In this document: positions 7,745 to 17,105 of the stretch, in pieces
Numbering within the stretch: position 1 is the stretch's first letter
How the letters are laid out: every line of letters starts with the position of its first letter
Source: a virus
Virus record (IMG/VR): IMGVR_UViG_3300027736_002225
DNA length: 64,000 nucleotides
Strand: one strand, 5' to 3'
Made by a program: the position numbers and the translations under genes
The notes under the pieces: generated by a model
Database searches by the model: none
What the model was told of the DNA's origin: nothing
The model's input: only the letters and a program-made list of their open reading frames with translations

Positions 7745-10233
7745 GAGAATAATCCCTCTAATGTTGCCTGTGGTTTAGCAGTCCACCCCACACCATTTAA
7801 AATTGTTGTTAATGGTTCAAGAAATGATTTCTCAAACATCGTATCATAATCTACGTATTGTTTCAAATTAAACTCGTCGGGCATCTGATTAATAAATGCA
7901 ATACAATTTTCTTTAATCAAATTTGGCTCTTTTAAGTAAATGAATTTAATTTTGTCGCCTTCACTTATAAGTTCATACTTGCCGGTTAGTTGTTTTTCCT
8001 TTAAATAGAAATTATACAACAATGCGCCTCGAACGTGCATAGGAGTTCCTTGCCTATAAATTGAACTCCTATCTGTATATTTATCGACTCCGTTAACACC
8101 TCTAGGGAAAGCAATCAATTCTGGAGACATTTTTCTATACTTATATTCAAATTCTCGGATGTAATCTTGAATCTGTTGTTCTGTTCCAGTCAATGCCAAT
8201 TTAACTGCATGGCGCAATGCCTCACGAATAGGCTCAGGAGTAGACGACCTAACAATCTCCAATCCCATGACCTTTAATTTTGGTTCTTTGTATTGAACGC
8301 CCTCATTATTATAAACATTCAAGGCATATCTTTTCTTAGCAACCCAAATACCTCGGTCTGCAATAACTTCTCGTTTAAAATAAATCTTTGTATCAAAAGC
8401 ATTCGTGTAATCTGCTAAGCCGTCGCATGCTGCATTAATTGCCTTTTCAATTTTCTCATTACAAATCTTATCCAAGATCTCTACAATCTTTTCTTTCGGT
8501 TGATCTTTATAATACTTTTGTACTAATGGATCCAATGTGATATAGCATGCATCTGTATCCGAATAAAAAGAATACATAAAGTCTTTTGTTCCACAGACTT
8601 TATTTAAGTATTCATTCAAAGCTGCACCGACTGTCTGAATAATATACTGACCTGTAAGTGTAATACCTTCCGCAATATTAGAATCATAGAATCTAAAAAA
8701 TTCATTACCCCATGCCCCGAACAAAGAATTCAATTGAATCTTACGAGCCATCTGAAAATTGTTATACTTGGAAATCTCATTCTGATAAGACTTATCCTTT
8801 GTTTCTTCATACTTTGCTTGCGAAGCCAACATCAATTTTTTATAACGCTGACGATCATCAAACAATTTCTGCACAATCTCAGGAAACAATCCTTGCTTTT
8901 CTCTTGTGTAAGAATATCCATTTGCAGACATACAACAATTGTTGTCTTTTAGATCCTGCAGATTGTATTCTTTTTTCATTAATCTATCAACAGTTGTATC
9001 TTTTGTTGCTTGAATAACCTGCGTCTCGGGAGATAGATTATACTGCATAATAATACTTGGATACAGACTTGTCGCATCAAAAGATACGACCCAATCATAT
9101 TGTCCGGGTTTCGGTTCTTGGACATACGCTCCTACAATTTGTCGAGCAGGCTTACCTTCCCGCTGATGAACAATGATGTTCTTCTTATAAAGATGATTCC
9201 AAAGAATACAATCCCATGTTCTAACTGCCGAGAATACATCTACATAGTTACACTTTGCATCATATGCCATTGTCAAGATCAACTCAATAAGTCGCATCTT
9301 ATTTTCCAATTGGTCAATCAGTTCCGTATCGACTACGTTATATTCTACGAACTTTTGCCAATCATTTTTATAGAAATCTCGGAATGAAGAATATTCCTCG
9401 TATGACAATTTTTCTTTACCAAGTTCTACCTTAGCAATGTGATCTAGTTTATATGATTCTTGGGCACCATAAGTAAACTTCTTATACAGATCAAGATAGT
9501 CCAATGCAGCTACGCCAAGAATATCGTATGTCAATTCTGTCTTATTCATTCGAGTAAATTCTTTTGAATTCACTACATTCCAAGGAGACAATTGTCGAAG
9601 GAATTCATCTCCAAGTATTTTGGAAATTCGACTGCACAAATAAGGAATGTCGAAGAAGTCAATATTCCAACCTGTAATGATATGAGGATATCCATCGTCA
9701 ATCATAGATTGGATATATTTTTGAAATAGATCTTGCTCGTCCTTGCATTTAATATACTTATGATTTGGCTTTGTAACTTTAAAGTTCTTTGTACCAAATG
9801 TAACAATTTCTTTAGTATTATAATCTTGAGTGGTGATTAGTAGAACTTCTTCCATAGGATTTCGGACATTAGGGAATCCAAGTTCTGCAGATGTCTCAAT
9901 ATCCAAAGACCATATCTTTAACTGCGAAATATCAAAATCTACTTCGTCAGGAAATGTTTTTGTGATGTACTGATAGGCGTAATTTGTGTTGCCAAAAATC
10001 TCAAAATTGTCTACGTCGCTGTATCGTTTGACGTAATCTTTTGCTTCGTTAATACTTTCGAAAACAATTTCATCCAAATTTTCACCAAACAAAGATTTAT
10101 ACTTTGTTGGAGTTTTGGATTTCAAGAATAAACTAGGTTTAAATTCAATCTTATCTTGGACAGATTTGCCGTTATTGATTCCTCGAACAAGAATCTTGTT
10201 ACCATATTGATTGACACTAGTGTAAAACTTCAT
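7741..10233 (-). CDS. 43: family B DNA polymerase (gp43)
   Basis: DIET exonuclease motif, SFDATSLYPSII, KIQLNSLFG, YSDTD. Confidence 0.97.
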   Translation of the reverse strand: MKFYTSVNQYGNKILVRGINNGKSVQDKIEFKPSLFLKSKTPTKYKSLFGENLDEIVFESINEAKDYVKRYSDVDNFEIFGNTNYAYQYITKTFPDEVDFDISQLKIWSLDIETSAELGFPNVRNPMEEVLLITTQDYNTKEIVTFGTKNFKVTKPNHKYIKCKDEQDLFQKYIQSMIDDGYPHIITGWNIDFFDIPYLCSRISKILGDEFLRQLSPWNVVNSKEFTRMNKTELTYDILGVAALDYLDLYKKFTYGAQESYKLDHIAKVELGKEKLSYEEYSSFRDFYKNDWQKFVEYNVVDTELIDQLENKMRLIELILTMAYDAKCNYVDVFSAVRTWDCILWNHLYKKNIIVHQREGKPARQIVGAYVQEPKPGQYDWVVSFDATSLYPSIIMQYNLSPETQVIQATKDTTVDRLMKKEYNLQDLKDNNCCMSANGYSYTREKQGLFPEIVQKLFDDRQRYKKLMLASQAKYEETKDKSYQNEISKYNNFQMARKIQLNSLFGAWGNEFFRFYDSNIAEGITLTGQYIIQTVGAALNEYLNKVCGTKDFMYSFYSDTDACYITLDPLVQKYYKDQPKEKIVEILDKICNEKIEKAINAACDGLADYTNAFDTKIYFKREVIADRGIWVAKKRYALNVYNNEGVQYKEPKLKVMGLEIVRSSTPEPIREALRHAVKLALTGTEQQIQDYIREFEYKYRKMSPELIAFPRGVNGVDKYTDRSSIYRQGTPMHVRGALLYNFYLKEKQLTGKYELISEGDKIKFIYLKEPNLIKENCIAFINQMPDEFNLKQYVDYDTMFEKSFLEPLTTILNGVGWTAKPQATLEGLFS

Positions 10234-10250
10234 TCAGTAAATCCTAAGGG

Positions 10251-10258
10251 TATAAATA
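10251..10258 (+). promoter_or_regulatory. T4-type late promoter driving the plus-strand island
   Basis: TATAAATA upstream of the plus-strand ORFs starting at 10373. Confidence 0.6.
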
Positions 10259-10266
10259 ATTGTATC

Positions 10267-10295
10267 ATTATATAGCAAATTTAGTAATTTGTCTA
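10267..10295 (-). promoter_or_regulatory. sigma70-like promoter of gp43
   Basis: TAGACA-N17-TATAAT. Confidence 0.65.
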
Positions 10296-10372
10296 TAGAT
10301 ATATATGACTATATCCAAGCATGCAATGTGCTTTTGACCTTTTTGTAAAATTAAAACATAAAGGAGGATAGA

Positions 10373-10537
10373 ATGGCGACAAAGAAAGCTATTACTAGAC
10401 GAAAAGTAGTAGAACCCCCTGCCGCATCTACAAAAAGTTTTCCAACCGCCGCCTTAGGTGTGGGTATGGTTATCCTTACCAATTACCAGACAGAAGTAAA
10501 ACAAATACTGGGATTAATAATGAAAGCATTAACATGA
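10373..10537 (+). CDS. 54-aa small membrane protein
   Basis: Hand-read ORF with AAGGAGG SD; ATGA overlap with the next gene. Confidence 0.7.
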   Translation: MATKKAITRRKVVEPPAASTKSFPTAALGVGMVILTNYQTEVKQILGLIMKALT

Positions 10538-11283
10538 AAATAATAGATAAGATTTTAGAATACAAGAGAACTCCATATGTTATTGCAGGGGTAATATTCT
10601 TAAGCAGTTTGGTCGTACTTAGCTGTTTCAAAAGCGCAGAAACTCAACTAACTACGCTTAACCATGCTGCGTCACTTAGTCGCACTATGGCTAAATCATC
10701 TGATGATTTAACTAATTATGCTAGATTTTTTGTAACAACTAAGAACGAACAATGGAGAACAGAGTTTAACAATGTGCTTAAAATACGCAACGGTGAGGTA
10801 GCGGATGAAAAGGGAGTTACAAAATCATTTAAAGTTAGGGTAAAAGAAGTACCGTTTTTACAAACTGAATTGGATAAGTTATTGAAGGCAGAAGAATTAA
10901 GTAACAATCTTGCTAAACTAGAAGTTCAAGCGTTTGCCCTGATTGACAAAGGCAAACCTGAATTAAATTTTGAAATACAAACGTATCACTATACAGCAGC
11001 ACAGATGTTGATGTTTGGGGACGATTACAAAAAATACAAGAAAGAAATTGTAAACACTACTGATGAATTTTATGGTATGGTAGTACACAGGTTGCAATCA
11101 GACTATTTGTTTTACATGACGGCAGCATGGACAATGATTATTGTTATAAATTTAAGTTTAATTTTACTAGTAATGGTTATCAAACACAAAGAAATAGTTG
11201 ATAAGAAACCAGTTAGAACAGTTGCTAAAAAAATACCGGTAAAGAAACCAGTAGTAAAAAAAGTTAATAAGGAGAACAAATAA
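10534..11283 (+). CDS. 2-TM membrane protein with chemoreceptor/histidine-kinase-like extracytoplasmic sensor domain, no signalling domain
   Basis: TM1, SSDDLTNYARFFV...LKIRNG, KAEELSNNLAKLE, MFGDDYKKYK...DEF, TM2, then a Lys-rich tail. Confidence 0.6.
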   Translation: MKIIDKILEYKRTPYVIAGVIFLSSLVVLSCFKSAETQLTTLNHAASLSRTMAKSSDDLTNYARFFVTTKNEQWRTEFNNVLKIRNGEVADEKGVTKSFKVRVKEVPFLQTELDKLLKAEELSNNLAKLEVQAFALIDKGKPELNFEIQTYHYTAAQMLMFGDDYKKYKKEIVNTTDEFYGMVVHRLQSDYLFYMTAAWTMIIVINLSLILLVMVIKHKEIVDKKPVRTVAKKIPVKKPVVKKVNKENK

Positions 11284-11810
11284 TGCCAGAATCACGCTCA
11301 GAAAGAGAAGCACATATCAAAGATAGAGCCGGATGGACCATCACAGTTATAGCAGCATTACTAGCAGTTAACACATATGTTGCCAATGGCATTAGCAGTA
11401 ATATATTAACTAACACAATCAAAGCTAATGATACTTGGAACTTTTATCAAGCAAAAAGTATCAAACAAACTATAGCAGAAAATGCTAGAGATGATGCACT
11501 TGCTCGTAAAGATAACAAAAAAGCACAAGAGTTAACTGCCAAAATTGATAGATACGAAAGTGATCCTATCAAGAATGAAGGCAAGAAAGAATTAATGGCT
11601 AAAGCCAAAGGTTTAGAAGCTGAAAGAGATGAAGCTAAAAAGCACAGTCCATGGTTAACATTTGCCGGATCAACACTACAACTTAGCATTGTACTATTAT
11701 CTGCTGCTATATTAGCAGTTAGCATGGGAATGTTTTACGCTAGCATCGGCGTAGGACTAATTGGCGCATTGTTAATGAGCCAGGGTATTTGGTTATGGGT
11801 ACCCTTTTAA
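11283..11810 (+). CDS. DUF4337-like membrane protein
   Basis: ANDTWNFYQAKSIK motif; three hydrophobic segments. Confidence 0.7.
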   Translation: MPESRSEREAHIKDRAGWTITVIAALLAVNTYVANGISSNILTNTIKANDTWNFYQAKSIKQTIAENARDDALARKDNKKAQELTAKIDRYESDPIKNEGKKELMAKAKGLEAERDEAKKHSPWLTFAGSTLQLSIVLLSAAILAVSMGMFYASIGVGLIGALLMSQGIWLWVPF

Positions 11811-12016
11811 AGTTATTGATTATATTATTATTATCAACAACAGTTATAGTATCAAGTGAGGAGACTTCTAACGGATTAAAAAAAGATGAGGTGTGGTTGT
11901 GTGTTCGTTGGCAATGGACAACTACACCAGTTGAGGGCAAAGTCAATTGTGTTGAGTGGGCCAAAAAAGATTGTTCTAACAGATTATATCCAGAACTATG
12001 TAAAAGGGGCGGGTAA
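11789..12016 (+). CDS. small secreted Cys-containing protein
   Basis: Signal-like N-terminus, four Cys. Confidence 0.55.
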   Translation: MVMGTLLKLLIILLLSTTVIVSSEETSNGLKKDEVWLCVRWQWTTTPVEGKVNCVEWAKKDCSNRLYPELCKRGG

Positions 12017-12630
12017 TGATTGATCCAATTAGTATAAGTCTTGCTTTTTCTGCAGCACAATCAGCAATCAGTGGTATTAAACAAGCCATTGCTATGGGTA
12101 AAGATGTCAATAGTATTATTGGACAAGTAGGGCATTTCTTTGAGGCGGCCGATCAAGTTCATTTAGCCAGCATCAAAGCTAAACACGGTGCTATGGATAA
12201 AACTGATGCTCAAATTGGTCGTATGGCACTTGAGTTTGCTATGCACAGCAATAAATTGCGCGAGGATGAGAGAGCATTAAAAGACATGATTTATTGGCAA
12301 TTAGGTAAGCCTCAAATCTGGGAAGAAATGATTGCTGAACGTACCAGGTTAATGAAAGAAAAGCGTGAGGGTGAAGAAGCACAAGCAAAGGCCAAGCAAG
12401 AACATAAAGAAAAGATGGCTAAGTATGTTATGATAACAATGTATACTATAGGATTTGGAATTATTATTTCTGCATTTGTTATGCTAGGTGTTCAATTTTA
12501 TAGTATGGCTGAAGAACAAAAAGAACTTGAAGCTAAACAAGCAAAGGCATTGCAAATTCGTAGACAAAATCATTGGTTAAGAGAACAAGAACAGAAAAAA
12601 GAATTGGCTAAGGCAGCCAACGGGGGTTAG
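12016..12630 (+). CDS. hypothetical membrane-anchored coiled-coil protein
   Basis: MIDPISISLAF start, coiled coil, one TM segment. Confidence 0.75.
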   Translation: MIDPISISLAFSAAQSAISGIKQAIAMGKDVNSIIGQVGHFFEAADQVHLASIKAKHGAMDKTDAQIGRMALEFAMHSNKLREDERALKDMIYWQLGKPQIWEEMIAERTRLMKEKREGEEAQAKAKQEHKEKMAKYVMITMYTIGFGIIISAFVMLGVQFYSMAEEQKELEAKQAKALQIRRQNHWLREQEQKKELAKAANGG

Positions 12631-12740
12631 TGTTTATCTTTTTTCCAATCTTTAAACATTTCCCAAAATATCATAACTAACGGCAGGCACCCAAGTAAGA
12701 ACAATAAATCGTTAAAAGTAATTACTATATTAAAGTACAT
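12627..12740 (-). CDS. 37-aa hydrophobic peptide
   Basis: Hand-read MYFNIVITFNDLLFLLGCLPLVMIFWEMFKDWKKDKH; AATAAATA just upstream. Confidence 0.45.
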   Translation of the reverse strand: MYFNIVITFNDLLFLLGCLPLVMIFWEMFKDWKKDKH

Positions 12741-12769
12741 CAACTATTTATTAACATAGAAGATTAGAA

Positions 12770-13531
12770 ATGTCAGATAAAAAATATCGTAGTATTTTTA
12801 TAAGCGACGTACATTTAGGTACAAAAGATTCTAAGGCAGATAAGCTAAACAATTTTCTTAAGAATAATTCTTGCAATACACTATACTTAGTAGGAGATAT
12901 AATAGATGCTTGGAGAATTCAACAAAACAAATGGCGGTGGAAACAAAGCCACACTAATGTGGTCCGTCGTGTTCTCGGCCATGCTAAACGTGGCACTCGT
13001 GTTGTGTATATTGCAGGTAATCACGACGAATTCTTAAGACCTATGATCCCATATGGTTTCAGCTTCGGCCTCGTTGAGATACATAATCAAATAGAACATA
13101 TAGGCGCAGACGGTAAACATTATCTTGTAGTACATGGAGATATGTTTGACGGTATAACCAGATTAGCGCCCTGGTTAAGTTTTTTAGGAGATAAAGCATA
13201 TGATTTCATTTTATCAGTTAATAGCAAATACAATTGGATACGCCATCGCTTTGGTTTTGGGTACTTTAGTCTTAGTCAATATCTCAAAGCAAGAGTAAAG
13301 AAAGCAGTAGATTTTATTTTTCATTTTGAGAAAAATCTTGCAACCTATTGTAAGAAACGTGGATTTGATGGTGTAATCTGTGGGCATATTCATCATGCCG
13401 AGATTAAAGAAATAGACGGCGTTGCCTACATGAATGACGGCGACTGGGTTGAATCATGTACTGCATTGGTTGAACACCATGACGGCAAATGGGAAATAAT
13501 TACTTGGACAAGTGAAAAGGACGAAGTATGA
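12770..13531 (+). CDS. calcineurin-like metallophosphoesterase (UDP-2,3-diacylglucosamine diphosphatase / LpxH-like family)
   Basis: SDVHLG, GDIID, GNHD, HGD, GHIH, NDGDWVESCT. Confidence 0.85.
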   Translation: MSDKKYRSIFISDVHLGTKDSKADKLNNFLKNNSCNTLYLVGDIIDAWRIQQNKWRWKQSHTNVVRRVLGHAKRGTRVVYIAGNHDEFLRPMIPYGFSFGLVEIHNQIEHIGADGKHYLVVHGDMFDGITRLAPWLSFLGDKAYDFILSVNSKYNWIRHRFGFGYFSLSQYLKARVKKAVDFIFHFEKNLATYCKKRGFDGVICGHIHHAEIKEIDGVAYMNDGDWVESCTALVEHHDGKWEIITWTSEKDEV

Positions 13532-14235
13532 TAGAAGATAAAATTACAATTGTTATTCCATGTAAAAATGAGGAAGACTATATTTCATTTTTACTAGATG
13601 ATTTAAAAAAACAATGTCTTGGAAGAACAAGAATTATTATTGCAGATGCCTCTACAGATAATACCCGAAAAGTTATTCAACAAAATAAAGGCGATTTGAA
13701 TATTGAAATTATAGATGGCGGGCCCGTTTCTATTGCTAAAAACAACGGAGCAAAATTAGCAACAACACCATATATACTATTCATAGATAGCGATGTAAGA
13801 TTTTTCTCAAATACTGTTATACTTGAATGCGTTTATGAATTAGAATCCAATAATTTAGATTTGATTGGATTACGTCTAAAATGTTATGATAGGGATAGAC
13901 GAGCTCAAATTGGGTTTATGTTATTCAATTTTGTAAATAACATTATGAAACATAAGGTCCCATTTGCTGTAGGATCTTTTATGCTAACTCGCAGAGACAA
14001 ATTTAAAGAATACGGTATGTTCTCTGAGAAATATGGAACCAGTGAGGATTTCTTTTTATCCAAACAATACGATACTAAGAAGTTTAAATTAGTAAAACAT
14101 TACTGCGGGCAAGATAGTAGAAGGTTTCAAAAGATGGGATACTTCGGAATGGTTTGGTATCTTGTTAAAAATTTCTGGAATAGAAATAAAGAAATATACT
14201 GGGATAAAATGGATTATTCCAAGTATTGGAAATAA
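13528..14235 (+). CDS. GT2 glycosyltransferase
   Basis: IVIPCKNEE, DASTDNT, FIDSD, SED. Confidence 0.85.
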   Translation: MIEDKITIVIPCKNEEDYISFLLDDLKKQCLGRTRIIIADASTDNTRKVIQQNKGDLNIEIIDGGPVSIAKNNGAKLATTPYILFIDSDVRFFSNTVILECVYELESNNLDLIGLRLKCYDRDRRAQIGFMLFNFVNNIMKHKVPFAVGSFMLTRRDKFKEYGMFSEKYGTSEDFFLSKQYDTKKFKLVKHYCGQDSRRFQKMGYFGMVWYLVKNFWNRNKEIYWDKMDYSKYWK

Positions 14236-14967
14236 CTATTCGTGAGTTGCAATAAACTCTGCTTCCGGTATTCTTGTGCGAGTGTTTTTACTTCCAAGAA
14301 CAACTACAATACGTCTACCAACATCTGTATCTAACATCATAACAATGCATCCGCCAGACGCTTTAATATATCCTGTTTTACTAACAACAAAATTATATCT
14401 TTTACCAATTATAGGATTGGTATTATTAAAGAACAACCATTTCTTTTTTAATTTTATTGATATCTTAGAAGTATTACTTGCTTCTACAATTGCAGGATAA
14501 TCTTTAGCTGCTTGTACTAATTTAATAAGATCAAGTGCAGTACTAATATTCATTACATCTAGACCAGATGCCTCTACATATTTTGTATCAAGCATATTTA
14601 AATCAAATGCTTTTTGATTCATTGCCCTGACGCACATTAATTTTCCGCCAGGATAACTATCACATAAAGCAATTGCGGCTTTATTATCCGATTTAACCAT
14701 TGCTAGTTGAATCAGTTCTTTTCGTGTGTATTGATTTATTTTTGCATCTAATGGTAGCTTCTTATCTAGTACTACCATTACAGTCATAAGCTTAGTTATG
14801 CTCGCAATTGATCTTGATGCAGTAGGATTTTCACTTTGAAGTATCTTGCCGTTGCCGTCTGCAACCAACCAACTGTCTGCAGTAATATCCATAGCAAAAA
14901 GATTGCTCGATATAAGAGCAAGTAAACATAATATAAATTTCACGTTAATCCAATTACATAGGTTCAT
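14236..14967 (-). CDS. D-alanyl-D-alanine peptidase (S11, PbpG/DacA-like)
   Basis: SITK (SxxK), SDN and KTG motifs; signal peptide. Confidence 0.9.
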   Translation of the reverse strand: MNLCNWINVKFILCLLALISSNLFAMDITADSWLVADGNGKILQSENPTASRSIASITKLMTVMVVLDKKLPLDAKINQYTRKELIQLAMVKSDNKAAIALCDSYPGGKLMCVRAMNQKAFDLNMLDTKYVEASGLDVMNISTALDLIKLVQAAKDYPAIVEASNTSKISIKLKKKWLFFNNTNPIIGKRYNFVVSKTGYIKASGGCIVMMLDTDVGRRIVVVLGSKNTRTRIPEAEFIATHE

Positions 14968-15211
14968 CCGGCCCGTCGTCTCGACGAAACTTTATTCCAA
15001 TATAAGTACCGCAGGCGGCGCCAAGTGCCGCAGGTATAAGTAACATATGATCAGTCGTGTAGTTAATAACTACAAATGCACCTAAAACAGTAACAACAAC
15101 TGACCACGCACTTGCAACTACTGCTCTACTATCTGCAACAGATTTTAGATAGTATGTATAAAAAATATCTATACAAAATAAAGATAAAAAAGTAAGGATA
15201 TATTCAAACAT
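14954..15211 (-). CDS. small multi-TM membrane protein
   Basis: Three hydrophobic helices; start moved to 15211 because the upstream part is a tRNA. Confidence 0.7.
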   Translation of the reverse strand: MFEYILTFLSLFCIDIFYTYYLKSVADSRAVVASAWSVVVTVLGAFVVINYTTDHMLLIPAALGAACGTYIGIKFRRDDGPDEPM

Positions 15212-15217
15212 AGATGA

Positions 15218-15292
15218 TGGATGCGGGTGATGGATTCGCACCACCGACCTCTGGATTATGAGTCCAGCGCGCTACTACTGCGCCAACCCGCA
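15218..15292 (-). tRNA. tRNA with CAT anticodon (Met, initiator-like)
   Basis: Acceptor TGCGGGT/ACCCGCA, D stem GCGC/GCGC, anticodon arm CTGGA-CTCATAA-TCCAG, T arm GGTGG-TGCGAAT-CCATC, encoded CCA. Confidence 0.9.
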
Positions 15293-15301
15293 ATATATTT
15301 A

Positions 15302-15421
15302 TTAACGGCCCTGGCCGCGATATTTTTTATGTGACGTCTTTTGCGTCTTATTCATAGACGATGTCTTTACTCGTCCGCCTTGTTTGGTGCGCTTTTTAAC
15401 GCTTTCAATTTTCTTACTCAT
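15302..15421 (-). CDS. 39-aa highly basic protein ending KKYRGQGR
   Basis: Hand-read ORF with ATGA coupling; motif recalled from small T4-like phage proteins. Confidence 0.75.
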   Translation of the reverse strand: MSKKIESVKKRTKQGGRVKTSSMNKTQKTSHKKYRGQGR

Positions 15422-15708
15422 AGTTCACTTTCATTAATTTCAGGATCTTTTCCTGCGTTGTCGGTTCCACGCCTAAAGCTTTGGCCGGTTAAAGCTTTTG
15501 CTTTACTTGTAGAATGAGATCTACCACATTCATTACATATTGCATAGTATTGTTTATGTATAACCGGGCCACCGACCCATTTATAATTTGTTTCTTTTAC
15601 ATTATATTTAATGTCTTTGAACTTATTCTTACATTGAACAGAGTCACATAATGCTTTTCCTGTTACTGGGTCTATAAAGACAACAGGCCCGTTCAATTGT
15701 CTTTTCAT
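15418..15708 (-). CDS. putative Zn-binding protein
   Basis: CDSVQC and CNEC cysteine pairs. Confidence 0.6.
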   Translation of the reverse strand: MKRQLNGPVVFIDPVTGKALCDSVQCKNKFKDIKYNVKETNYKWVGGPVIHKQYYAICNECGRSHSTSKAKALTGQSFRRGTDNAGKDPEINESEL

Positions 15709-16043
15709 ATAGTCTTTGTTATATTAGCAAAGGTTGTAAATTGTTCTTTATTTTCTGGAACAACTTCAGTAATTTTTAATGATTCAATTGCTTTGTTATA
15801 ATCTTTAACCATAGAGTCAACTAATTCGGTCATCCAAACTATGCTCTTTTCATCTAATTGCAATTTGTGATCTTTTACATATGGGACATAGGGAAATAAT
15901 GCTAGTTGCATATCCCCGCCTGGGTTTGCGGGATCCCTTGCCATTGTAATCATAAAAGGTTTGTGTATTGTCAATGTATCTTGCAATCGAGAAACATCGC
16001 CAACCAATTCTTCACCGGTAACTAATTTTAAAATTTTAATCAT
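15705..16043 (-). CDS. conserved T4-like phage protein (Sm-like fold predicted)
   Basis: IKILKLVTGEELVG start; paralog-like to 52107-52523. Confidence 0.65.
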   Translation of the reverse strand: MIKILKLVTGEELVGDVSRLQDTLTIHKPFMITMARDPANPGGDMQLALFPYVPYVKDHKLQLDEKSIVWMTELVDSMVKDYNKAIESLKITEVVPENKEQFTTFANITKTI

Positions 16044-16107
16044 ATTGTTTCCATAAATTCAAAAGCTTCAATCTCATTATAAAACATCCTTATTATAATG
16101 TCATTAG

Positions 16108-16115
16108 TATTTATA
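16108..16115 (-). promoter_or_regulatory. T4-type late promoter
   Basis: TATAAATA. Confidence 0.5.
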
Positions 16116-16221
16116 TTCAAGCAAATTATAAGTATTTGATCAACTAGGGTGCTGACCTTTACATGCCAACACCTAGTTTAACTGCACCTAAAGTACAAAA
16201 GTTATTTTTCACAAAAGAATA

Positions 16222-16356
16222 TTATAGAATACCTTTGCGATTTAGAAATACAATTCTGCGCTCTAGATCAAAATGATCTGTTGCTTTTGCCAAATATAAT
16301 TCCGAGTCTTTTTTAGGTGTTAGTGATTTAATGATCTGTTTCCAAATTTTTTGCAT
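16222..16356 (-). CDS. 44-aa DUF3563-like protein
   Basis: Hand-read ORF containing YLAKATDHFDLERRI; AAGGA SD. Confidence 0.6.
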   Translation of the reverse strand: MQKIWKQIIKSLTPKKDSELYLAKATDHFDLERRIVFLNRKGIL

Positions 16357-16365
16357 TTTATATCC

Positions 16366-16875
16366 TTACAGATTTTCTTCTGTAAGAAATTGAGGCTTGC
16401 TAGATTTTTTTGCAGGTTTTACTGCAACTTCTACCTCATCTTTCACATCAATTTTCTTTGGTTTCTTGTGCTCAGGAATAATACGCTCAAGAGCAATCTT
16501 TAGCATACCATTAATTAAAGCAGCATCTTTAATTTCAATTTGGTCGTTAAGAGCAAATGTTCTTGTGAAATTACGTGAAGCGATTCCTTTGTACAACCAC
16601 TCTAGTGCGTCGTTGTCCTCAGCTGCATTGCCTTTGATAACGAGTTTATCGTCAACAAATTCAATTTCGATTTCTTGTTTAGAAAATCCAGCAACAGCCA
16701 TTTCGATAACATATTTGTTCTCGTCTGTTTTCTTAATGTTGTATGGAGGATAGCTGGGAATGTTTTTAGTAATGTCATCATGAATTTGCGCCATTCGAGT
16801 AAATTGATTGTCAAAACCAACAAAAAATTTATCAAAGTCCTTAAAGCCAGGACCGAATACTGATAGATGTGTCAT
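16366..16875 (-). CDS. hsp20: small heat-shock protein (Hsp20/IbpA-like)
   Basis: YPPYNI, MAVAGF, YKGIASRNFTRTF, NGMLKIAL, PEHKKPKKI. Confidence 0.95.
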   Translation of the reverse strand: MTHLSVFGPGFKDFDKFFVGFDNQFTRMAQIHDDITKNIPSYPPYNIKKTDENKYVIEMAVAGFSKQEIEIEFVDDKLVIKGNAAEDNDALEWLYKGIASRNFTRTFALNDQIEIKDAALINGMLKIALERIIPEHKKPKKIDVKDEVEVAVKPAKKSSKPQFLTEENL

Positions 16876-16876
16876 A

Positions 16877-17098
16877 TTAATCTCCCTTTTTTGTAATGCC
16901 AGTAATTGTATTTGCAAATGTTTCTGTAGCAACGGTCATAACGTCATTAGCAGACTTAGCAATTTGTTTTGTAAAGACACGTTGTGCCTCAACGAAATCA
17001 ACTAAAGGTTTAAGAAGGGATTCTTCCTTAACTGTTTGTTTGAGGAAGTTAATTTTGGCGTTTTGAATTGAATCAATAGCCATGTTTGAATAAAACAT
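16877..17098 (-). CDS. 73-aa helical protein (phasin-like?)
   Basis: AGGAG SD; amphipathic helical composition; lies directly before hsp20. Confidence 0.6.
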   Translation of the reverse strand: MFYSNMAIDSIQNAKINFLKQTVKEESLLKPLVDFVEAQRVFTKQIAKSANDVMTVATETFANTITGITKKGD

Positions 17099-17105
17099 AT
17101 AGTTT

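Noticed and set aside
7741-10233. Intein, intron or split in gp43 (also checked gp41, uvsW, gp20)
   Set aside because: Lengths and motifs are continuous; no homing endonuclease is visible.
15212-15244. N-terminal extension MVRIHHPHPSS of the 14954 ORF
   Set aside because: Overlaps the tRNA; the real start is probably 15211.
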